From: Euglena gracilis
Taxonomy: Eukaryota
DNA: 64,000 nucleotides
Assembly (NCBI GenBank): GCA_039621445.1
Contig: CP154954.1
Coordinates: 930,001-994,000, forward strand
Direction: 5' to 3'
The translations under genes were made by a program, and so were the position numbers. The notes under the pieces are model-generated. The model saw nothing but the letters and a program-made list of their open reading frames with translations, made no database searches and was not told where the DNA came from. Shown here piece after piece: positions 36,030 to 45,165 of the stretch; position 1 is the stretch's first letter, and each line of letters starts with the position of its first letter.

Positions 36030-37579
36030 AAACTCTCGAAATAAAAAACGTTAATAAAAAAGTTGCAATATATATCTAGATTAAAATCAACGTCTTTTAT
36101 TTTGAAAAATGTTAAATTTATAACAAAATTTGAATAATGGAAAGTACCCAAAACGTGATGTCGTAGATTGAAATCTTACAAAACAATAGTTGATATTGAT
36201 TTTTTGTTTTTTACATAATTATGTAAAAATTTTATTATTAGTTAAAATAATAATATAGACTTTGAAAAATTATGAAACTAAAAAGAAAAAGTAAAATGTG
36301 AACTAGATTTACTTCTTAAAGACAAACTTATAGGTTTAAGCAAAAAACATTAGAAAAGCTAATTTTGAATTTTAAATTACTATTTATGGATAAAAGGAAA
36401 TTAAATTAATTCAAAATTTTGATTTTTAAAATGAATCTAATTTCAAATCATAAATTCTCTTGCAAAGTAATAATTTTAATGACTTGGATTACTTTTGAAA
36501 CGAACATGATTCACATTGTTTTCAAAATTTTTATTGTTTACTATATTGATGAGTATTGATGAGTTAACAAGATAAAACTATCTGGGTGTATAAAAAATAT
36601 CATAGAATAATAATTGAATAAAAATAAAATATTCTAAAACATATAATTTTCTGGAATTTACAAACTTTATTACAAAAAAGTGTACAACAGAATTATATAT
36701 ATACAAAAATTTATTTTTAAAAATATATAAATTATAACACTTTTAAAATTTTAATAGCTTCTTGAAAAATTTTAGTGACAGTAAAAAATAATAAAAACGC
36801 GTTTAATACATAATAACTACTATAAAGTATTTATATAGATTATTTTAAATCTTAAATAATCTATTATTATTACCTATTTTTGAAATAATATTAGTATAAA
36901 TATACATATTTAGTAATAAACTATTATCACAAATAGTGTAATCATTGTCATTTTCGTAAAATTTTAATTTCCAGCAACAAGCAAAATTTTGTTTAACAAA
37001 GCTTTTTGCCGATTAAACTAATACAAATAATTTACCCACATTTTTGATATAAAGAAGTATTACAAGAAGTACAGATGAATAAATCAAAAGTAGTTACAAA
37101 ATATTATTAATATTTAATACCTTACAATTAATTTTTAGTATTGTATTTATTCATAAAAAATGAGATCGAACTTTTAGAGTACAATCATTTAGTCTACCAT
37201 AATTATATATTAAGTAACTTGAATATGACGTTTCAGAAGAATAATAGCATAAGTGATTACAGGAATAATAATAATAAGTAAGATAATCTATCATCACGAA
37301 TAATAATCTAACATTGAATAAGAACAAGAATAATAGAAATTGAGAAAAACTCTATATATATATCTAGACATTTCTGTTTGTTTCTAAGTAAAATCCTACG
37401 AAACATACAATTTTATATTACATTAAATATGTAACTCATGTAAAAATATTGTTAGCTCTAAACATCTTCTATTTTTTCATTATATCATTTTTCTGAAAAA
37501 CCTATCTCTGATAATGAACTGTAATAATTAACTAACACTTATAAACTTTGTTTATCTTGAAATCTTAAACCTTAAAATA

Positions 37580-37850
37580 TTATCTTGGAAAGTAAACATC
37601 TTTTATCTGGCAGAAATAACCAACCAGTTCTTCCATCCGGACTTGACGTATGGATGGATTATGGATGGATACAACCTGATTGAGCAATAGAATCGAATCT
37701 AAGCATTTCCTCGGCAATGGGTTCACTTCCTTTTTACCCTTTAAGAAATTACGTATGCATTAGCCACACACATAGCTAAATAGAAAGCAGTTTGTGTGGT
37801 TCTTTGGATTACAATAAACGTTACGGAATTTAACCATAAAGTACTTAATA
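37580..37850 (-). pseudogene. Frameshifted paralog of the C-terminal part of ORF380
   Basis: LSTLWLNSVTFIVIQRTTQTAFYLAMCVANAYVIS* aligns with ORF380 LSTLWLTPRTFIVKRIVQTGFYLSMCVANAYAIA. Confidence 0.85.
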
Positions 37851-37886
37851 ATTAATAAATCAGGGTTAATAATCAATAAAAAACCA

Positions 37887-37989
37887 TAAGGCGTAGGTCT
37901 CCAAAACCTGATGTAGTAGGTTCGAATCCTACAAAGCGCGCTTTTAGTGTACACATTATAGTAAATGTGCCCCTTGCTTGGTCACCAAG
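37887..37989 (+). pseudogene. Orphan copy of the rRNA operon leader including a pseudo-tRNA-Trp 3' portion
   Basis: Matches 45031-45133 (TAAGGCGTAGGTCTCCAAAACC...GGTCACCAAG) but no 16S follows. Confidence 0.9.
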
Positions 37990-38025
37990 GGGACTGATGT
38001 AGAAAATATTCAGTAAAGACCATTT

Positions 38026-39097
38026 AAGTACATTGGTATATATAGTATATATAATATATATAAGTACATTAATATATAAGTACAGGTATATATAGTATAT
38101 ATACTATATATAAATACATTAATATATATAAGTACATTGGTATATATAGTATATATATATATAAGTACATTAATATATATACATTGGTATATATAGTATA
38201 TATAATATATATAAGTACATTAATATATAAGTACATTGGTATATATAGTATATATATATATATAAGTACATTAATATATATAAGTACATTGGTATATATA
38301 GTAATATATATAAGTACATTAGTATATATAAGTACATTGGTATATATAGTATATATAATATATAGAAGTACATTAATATAAATAAGTACATTGGTATATA
38401 TAGTCTCTATAATATATATAAGTACATTAATATATAAGTACATTGGTATATCGTATATAATATAATAGTACATTAATATATAAGTACATTGGTATATAGT
38501 ATATATAATATATATAAGTACATTAATATATATAAGTACATTGGTATATAGTATATATAATATATATAAGTACATTAATATATATAAGTACATTGGTATA
38601 TAGTATATATAATATATATAAGTACATTATATATATAAGTACATTGGTATATATAGTATATATAATATATATAAGTACATTAATATATATACATTGGTCT
38701 ATAGTATATATAATATATATAAGTACATTATATATATAAGTACATTGGTATATATAGTATATATATATATAAGTACATTAATATATAAGTACATTGGTAT
38801 ATATAGTATATAATAATATAAGTACATTAATATATATAAGTACATTGGTATATAGTATAATATATATATAAGTACATTAATATATTATATTGGTATATAT
38901 ATATATATATATATAAGTACATTTATATATAAGTACATTGGTATATAGTATATATAATATATAAGTACATTAATATATAAGTACATTGGTATATATGTCT
39001 CTTATATAGTCCCTTATCTCTCTAGTACATTGGTATCTCTCTAGTATAGTACATTGGTTATATAGTATATAAGTACATTGTTATATATAAGTACATA
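38026..39097. repeat. VNTR of ~54-bp AT-rich units (AGTACATTGGTATATA...AGTACATTAATATATA); likely replication-origin region
   Basis: Alternating AGTACATTGG / AGTACATTAA cores separated by (TA)n; strand skew flips across it. Confidence 0.95.
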
Positions 39098-39321
39098 CCT
39101 CTTTATTCTTGGGTTTTTTGCAAAATTACTTCGGGAATTTTTTGCATTTAACCTACAATGCAATTAAAATATAGTTATTGATATATATTCAATGATCTAT
39201 TTTTTTTTTGTATTTTTTTTAGTTTGATTAAGAATTATTATTTTTTTATTTTTTATGACACATTCATAGAAATAGGTAAAGAAAATTAAAAGCAAAAAAA
39301 ACGATTTCTTATATTCATTTT

Positions 39322-40464
39322 ATGATTTTTACGATGTATTTCTTTAGAAATTTTGTTTTTTTACACTCTTTTATGAACTATATAATTAAAGTAAAATCTA
39401 TTTTAATTAATCGATATTCGTTGGCTACCTGCAATGCAATTTTATTGTATTTTTTTCAAACAAATTATTATAAAATTTATTTGTTAGTTAATACTAGTTT
39501 ATCTTTTTACAATTTAATTTTTTTCCTTAGGAATTTTCTAAGGATAGTAAAAAAAAAAAACGATCCAAAAGTTTTTCTTTTGGCTTTATTGATAATTTCG
39601 AAAAATTATATCCAATATGCGCTTTACTGTAATTTTTTGTTTCAAGTTGGTAACAGAACATTAAAAGTAATCAAGTCCGTTGAAATTTCTAAAAATGAAA
39701 TTTTGAAAAACGACCCTTCGTTGAAGGCTTTGGAGTTTTGGAAAAAAATTAAAATATTTTATAGTAAGAATTTTATTTCCAAAATTGCCGTAATTATGGT
39801 AATTAGTTTTTCTGGTTATTGCGCATTTAATTTTGCATTTAAATTTTTTGGTGTACTTAAAGAATCTTCAAAAATCTTGGCTTCTTTTTTCTCTTTTAAT
39901 CATGATCAAAAAAATGATAATTCTGAAGACAATCGTTCCGAAGATGATTTAAAGTCAAGTCAAGACCCAGTAAATATTCCTTCTATCGAACAAAGTTTCA
40001 AAGTTGAAGATTTTTCAATTTTCAATCCTGATTTTTGGTCAACTGATTTTGATAAAATTTTATTGGAAGAGGGTTATGACCTAGAGGGTTCATTAAGCAC
40101 TTTATGGTTAACTCCAAGAACATTTATTGTGAAAAGGATCGTGCAAACTGGTTTCTATTTAAGTATGTGTGTAGCTAATGCATATGCAATTGCTGAAACC
40201 GTAAAAAGAGGTCAGCCGGTTAGCAATGATATGTTACAATTTAATCCGACTTTGCAAACAGGATTTGTCTACCCATACGGGCAGTCAATGTCAGCACCCG
40301 GTCAAATACCTGGGGGGAATTTGGGCCGAACGTTTGTTCCTGAAGAAAAAATGTTTACTTCACAAGATCTAGCAGTTTCATCCAACTGTAATGTGGGGGA
40401 TGGATTTGTTGAGGTTATAGAAATCCCATTTAATTATTATAAGGATGCATTACCCCCCGAGTAA
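39322..40464 (+). CDS. Hypothetical protein ORF380 (hydrophobic N-half, acidic linker, C-terminal domain shared with the pseudogene at 37.6-37.85 kb)
   Basis: 1.14-kb open frame; paralog conserved at protein level supports coding status; start uncertain. Confidence 0.7.
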   Translation: MIFTMYFFRNFVFLHSFMNYIIKVKSILINRYSLATCNAILLYFFQTNYYKIYLLVNTSLSFYNLIFFLRNFLRIVKKKNDPKVFLLALLIISKNYIQYALYCNFLFQVGNRTLKVIKSVEISKNEILKNDPSLKALEFWKKIKIFYSKNFISKIAVIMVISFSGYCAFNFAFKFFGVLKESSKILASFFSFNHDQKNDNSEDNRSEDDLKSSQDPVNIPSIEQSFKVEDFSIFNPDFWSTDFDKILLEEGYDLEGSLSTLWLTPRTFIVKRIVQTGFYLSMCVANAYAIAETVKRGQPVSNDMLQFNPTLQTGFVYPYGQSMSAPGQIPGGNLGRTFVPEEKMFTSQDLAVSSNCNVGDGFVEVIEIPFNYYKDALPPE

Positions 40465-40473
40465 TATTCCTTT

Positions 40474-41388
40474 CTATTTTCGATTTCAAAGAAAAATATC
40501 AATATATTAAATTTTTTATGTATTAAATAACTTGATACATAATTATTAGTAGTCACTACGTTTTTTATACGTAATATTATTTCTTTAACACATGGTTTTT
40601 TATATAAAAATAGGTCAATTTTTTTTATTATTTTTTTTAGAAAAAAAAAAATGCTTTGTAGACTATGTGGTAACTACATTTCAGTATCGTAATTAGTACG
40701 ACAGCTCGAATTTGGGTTTTGCAATTTTTTTTTTTCATTTTTTTTTTTTTTTTTTGCAAATAGGGGGGGTTGTTCTAAAATTCGGTGATTTTATTTATGG
40801 GAGATTTTTATGCATTCAATAGTGCCGGGTAAAAATTGGCATGTTTTGATTAAGACAGGATTCGGTAGTTTTGAGGATTTTAACTTATTATTCATCAAAA
40901 AAATCAATTTCTTACATTTTATTTATTATTTTTATTATTTATTTATTCATAAAATTTATTTTTTTCTTTAAGCAAAACTGTGTTATTTTTTTTGCTTATA
41001 TATTTTTCCTTGATTCCAGAGTTCTTGCAATTTACTTCGGGATTTTTTAAAATTTAACCTACAACGAAATTGTAGTTAAGATATATTTTAATGATCTATT
41101 TTTTTATATTTTTTAAAAAGTTGTTATTTGTTATTATTTTTTTTTTCAATTAAGATTTTTATATTTTTCACACTCATTTTTTTTAAAAAAAATTATTATT
41201 ATAGAAAAAAAAATCCTTAATTGGTAACGTTGTGATTATGTTACTTCATCGTAGTGGGTCGCAAGTTCGAATTGAAGGTTTGCAATTTTTTTTTTCATTT
41301 TTTTTTTTTTTTTTTTTTATGGAGATATGGGAGTTTGAGGTTTTTAAAAAATGATTTATTTTTTTATTTATGGGAGATTTTATTATGT
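40474..41388 (+). repeat. ~915-bp direct repeat, copy 1
   Basis: Near-identical to 41745-42658. Confidence 0.92.
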
Positions 41389-41717
41389 TTTATTTTATGT
41401 GCTCAATGGTTCCCGAAAGGGATTATCAAAAATTAATGGAAGATAAAAAGGAATTAGAAAGAAATGATTATCCTATTTTTTTTTTTTTTTAACCTAATGA
41501 TCAACTTTTTAGTTGGGAAGATGTTGTTCTGAGAAACGAAATTGCTGAAAAACGTCGCAGAAAACAGTATGGCGAATCATATGAATATGATTCTAAGCAA
41601 AGAGAAAAGCAATTTTATGAGTTTATTGAAAAATTTCTTGAGGAAAAAGGAGTTGAGTTACCGCGTAACTTATACACAGATAATACTATTATAGAAATGC
41701 AAAAAACGGAGGAGTAA
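41370..41717 (+). pseudogene. Internally deleted, frameshifted paralog of ORF351
   Basis: MGDFIM..SMVP start joined to EDKKELERND...NDQLF (cf. ORF351 EEKKELEIND...NDQFL), then a different tail. Confidence 0.7.
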
Positions 41718-41744
41718 AAAAATTACCTCTGATGTCAATACATA

Positions 41745-42658
41745 CTATTTTCGATTTCAAAGAAAAATATCAATATATTAAATTTTTTATGTATTAAATA
41801 ACTTGATACATAATTATTAGTAGTCACTACGTTTTTTATACGTAATATTATTTCCTTAACACATGGTTTTTTATATAAAAATAGGTCAATTTTTTTTATT
41901 ATTTTTTTAGAAAAAAAAAAATGCTTTGTAGACTATGTGGTAACTACATTTCAGTATCGTAATTAGTACGACAGCTCGAATTTGGGTTTTGCAATTTTTT
42001 TTTTCATTTTTTTTTTTTTTTTTGCAAATAGGGGGGGGTTGTTCTAAAATTCGGTGATTTTATTTATGGGAGATTTTTATGCATTCAATAGTGCCGGGTA
42101 AAAATTGGCATGTTTTTATTAAGACAGGATTCGGTAGTTTTGAGGATTTTAACTTATTATTCATCAAAAAAAGCAATTTCTTACATTTTATTTATGATTT
42201 TTAGGATGTATTTATTCAGAAAATTTATTTTTTTCTTTAAGCAAAACTGTGTTATTTTTTTTGCTTATATATTTTTCCTTGATTCCAGAGTTCTTGCAAT
42301 TTACTTCGGGATTTTTTAAAATTTAACCTACAACGAAATTGTAGTTAAGATATATTTTAATGATCTATTTTTTTATATTTTTTAAAAAGTTGTTATTTGT
42401 TATTATTTTTTTTTTCAATTAAGATTTTTATATTTTTCACACTCATTTTTTTTTAAAAAAATTATTATTATAGAAAAAAAATCCTTAATTGGTAACGTTG
42501 TGATTATGTTACTTCATCGTAGTGGGTCGCAAGTTCGAATTGAAGGTTTGCAAATTTTTTTTTTCATTTTTTTTTTTTTTTTTGCATAATGGAGATATGG
42601 AAGTTTGAGGTTTTCAAAAAATGATTTATTTTTTTATTTATGGGAGATTTTATTATGT
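41745..42658 (+). repeat. ~915-bp direct repeat, copy 2 (ends in the ORF351 start)
   Basis: Near-identical to 40474-41388. Confidence 0.92.
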
Positions 42659-43695
42659 ATTCAATGGTTCCAGGAAAAAACTGGCATGTTTTTATTAAAA
42701 CAGGGTTCGGTAGTTTTGAGGATTTTAACTTATTATTCATCAAAAAGTGGAAAGAGTTAATTAATTATAACTCTATTTCTTTTATTATTTATGGTTTTGA
42801 TTTGTCTGAAAATAATTTAAACAACTTTTGTGAAGTGACTATAGAGGTCTATATAGAATTTAATAAAAATTACCGAAGGCATGGTCTTAAAAAATTATTT
42901 TCTTTTGAAAAAAATTCTGTTATTGTAGAAAAGGGATCGAGTAGTAAAACTTCACTTGATAATTTTTTTTCTAAAACAGGGAATAAAAACATTGAAGTTT
43001 GTTGGTCAGGTGTTCCAAGGTTTGAAAATGGTTTAAAAAATTCTTTAAGTTTTGATTTTGTTATTAAAAATAATTTATTAAGTCGTGCGCGAAAAGATCA
43101 TTGTTTTCCTTCGTTTTTTTCTAAATTGATTTCCAATTCCTCAGAAAATTATTTAAAAGTGAAAGAAAAAATAACAGAAGAGAAAAAGGAATTAGAAATA
43201 AATGATTCTAATAATTTTTTACACGATCATTTTAATGTTTTGAAAGCTAATGATCAATTTTTAAACATCATTGAAAAATATATAATAGAGTACAAAAATT
43301 TGTTTTTTTTAACGAGTAAAAACGATGCAATAAAACTTCGTTCTATGTTGTTGAAGTATATATCTGAAGTCGCAGTATTAGAAAATAGTATCTCAAATTC
43401 TAATATTTCTAATATTTTTTTATTTAAGCAAGCTTCTAAGTTTTATAAACATAATTCTTTAAAAAACGATAATTATAAAAACTGGGATTTTAACTGGATT
43501 TTTGTGGAAATGCTTCTTATTTTTTTTCTAGAAAAAGCAAAAAATAAAAAAATTGATAAATTTGAATTATATACTTTAGTGAACAAAGAAATTTATGGTG
43601 AAGAACAGTTAGATATAATGGTTAAAAACTTTAGAAAAAGAGCTTGTGAAAATGTCGATTTACGGCAGATTCGGTCTTCATTGCCTTGTTTTTGA
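42640..43695 (+). CDS. ORF351; N-terminal ~125 aa resemble a degenerate circovirus/nanovirus-type Rep HUH domain; likely start ATG 42655
   Basis: Open frame; KNWHVFI, FIIYGFD, TIEVYIEFNKNYRRHGLKKLF, IVEKGSSS...NFFSKTG...WSGVP spaced like Rep motifs I-III (by eye). Confidence 0.65.
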   Translation: MGDFIMYSMVPGKNWHVFIKTGFGSFEDFNLLFIKKWKELINYNSISFIIYGFDLSENNLNNFCEVTIEVYIEFNKNYRRHGLKKLFSFEKNSVIVEKGSSSKTSLDNFFSKTGNKNIEVCWSGVPRFENGLKNSLSFDFVIKNNLLSRARKDHCFPSFFSKLISNSSENYLKVKEKITEEKKELEINDSNNFLHDHFNVLKANDQFLNIIEKYIIEYKNLFFLTSKNDAIKLRSMLLKYISEVAVLENSISNSNISNIFLFKQASKFYKHNSLKNDNYKNWDFNWIFVEMLLIFFLEKAKNKKIDKFELYTLVNKEIYGEEQLDIMVKNFRKRACENVDLRQIRSSLPCF

Positions 43696-43716
43696 TTTTT
43701 ATATAGGGAGAAAAGT

Positions 43717-43914
43717 ATGACAAAAAAAGAAGAAAAAAATTTAAATAATACAAAAATCAATTTAACAGTAAAAAAAATTTATAAAAAATATTGTTCTTAT
43801 AAAGCACAATATGATGAAAAAACCTGGACCAAAAATTTAGTTGAAAGCTTTTTTTTTTTTATCATTGAAAATGGGCATATTTTAAACGTAGTAGAAGTAG
43901 AATATTTTTCTTAA
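43717..43914 (+). CDS. Small hypothetical ORF (65 aa), possibly truncated
   Basis: GGGAG upstream of ATG, 21 nt after the ORF351 stop. Confidence 0.3.
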   Translation: MTKKEEKNLNNTKINLTVKKIYKKYCSYKAQYDEKTWTKNLVESFFFFIIENGHILNVVEVEYFS

Positions 43915-44087
43915 AGCGTGTCAAAAAAATCGATTAATTAAAATATAGTGTCATGGAAAATGTGATTATTCTATCACTTATTTAAATATGCTTTTTTATC
44001 AATGTCAATTTGTAGAATAATTGGCGTTTTTTTTGATGGAGTATAGTGAGTTTGCCTACTTTTTACCTTATTAAATTAATAAATTTA

Positions 44088-44998
44088 AAATTGACTTATT
44101 AAAAACTTATAGGGAGTAAATATTAAGGAAGTACCTTATCAGGATTTTGATAAGTATTCTCACTATTGAGGTTAAATATGGATTAGTTGATTATGCGTTA
44201 GTACGAGAATTTCATAGAACAGGTGGACCCTCATGTGCATTCGTATTTTATTAAAGAAGTCGATACTAAATTGGCAAATTTTTTCGATATATCTATTGAT
44301 TCTAAAATTTATAGGCCAGAGTTAACAATGAGAAAGATTTGCTCGACTATTTAATAAAACAAATATTTAACTTTGTGGATGCTTCAGAAAATTTCATGGC
44401 TTCGGAATCAATTCTTAAAAAATATGGTAAATATTTTCAATATCTTCCTTTGGAAGAAAGGATGATTGAATTAGTGAAAAAAGGGGACATAGAAAATGCT
44501 ATGTTACTGTTTGAAAAAGAAAAACCTTCAGAATTTGTATATAAGGGCGACGCTATTGAACGTCAATTAAGAAACATATATTTAAGTACGAGATTAGGTG
44601 TGAAATAAAAAATTAATTTTAATGAATACATAATACCCAAAGACTTAAGGTGGATGTTGGATATTTATGAATCCCATCTAAATATGGGTAAAAATAAGGT
44701 ATTTTTAATTTTAGGCAGTGAACATAGATATTTAATCGATTTTTTCGAATCTTATTTGCAATTTAAAGGCTTTTATCCTTTAGTAGTTAAGAAATCCAAG
44801 GATTTACTGAAATTAAACAATACTTATCATTATGATGCGATAATTTTTGTCAACTCAAATATCCTTGAATATCAAAATGTAAATGAGATAAAAAACATGT
44901 TCAACTCTTTAGAAACGACGTTAACTGCTTATTATGGAATATCTTTGATAAAGGTAGGGTCGTGGATTAAAGCCTTTCGTTCAACTTGCATGTGTTAA
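44088..44998 (+). pseudogene. Disrupted geminivirus-like rolling-circle Rep (HUH endonuclease, linker, degenerate SF3-like region)
   Basis: VREFHRTG/DPHVHSY, ANFFDI...YRP, DYLIK, AMLLFEKEKPSEFV, F..Y.IP..L.W, YDAIIF in the expected order across two frameshifts and one stop. Confidence 0.75.
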
Positions 44999-45084
44999 GC
45001 ATAGCTAAATATTGCTTTTCGTTAAAATTGTAAGGCGTAGGTCTCCAAAACCTGATGTAGTAGGTTCGAATCCTACAAAGCGCG
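44936..45084 (+). pseudogene. rRNA leader 1 with pseudo-tRNA-Ile and pseudo-tRNA-Trp fragments
   Basis: CTTTGATAAAGGTAGGGTCG resembles trnI anticodon arm; CTCCAAA loop and T-arm of trnW at 45031-45084. Confidence 0.8.
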
Positions 45085-45165
45085 CTTTTAGTGTACACAT
45101 TATAGTAAATGTGCCCCTTGCTTGGTCACCAAGAGGGTGAAAGGATTTGACCAACTTTGATGTTT

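Noticed and set aside
37055-37063. AAGTATTAC (circovirus-like nonamer); also TAATATTAC near 24618 and TAATATTAT near 40572 and 41843
   Set aside because: None sits in the loop of a convincing stem and such words are expected by chance in AT-rich DNA; no Rep nick site identified
38026-39097. VNTR as a CRISPR array, and ORFs 38069..38593, 38170..38391, 38184..38381
   Set aside because: Intervening sequences are (TA)n variants of one unit rather than unique spacers, no cas genes are present, and the ORFs are repeat translations
41255-41275. GGTCGCAAGTTCGAATT as a tRNA fragment in the direct repeats
   Set aside because: Only a T-loop-like word; no acceptor, D or anticodon arms
44929-44960. YYGISLIKVG as SF3 motif B' of the Rep-like frame
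   Set aside because: This DNA already aligns with the pseudo-trnI leader in operons 2 and 3, so it is not counted as independent helicase evidence
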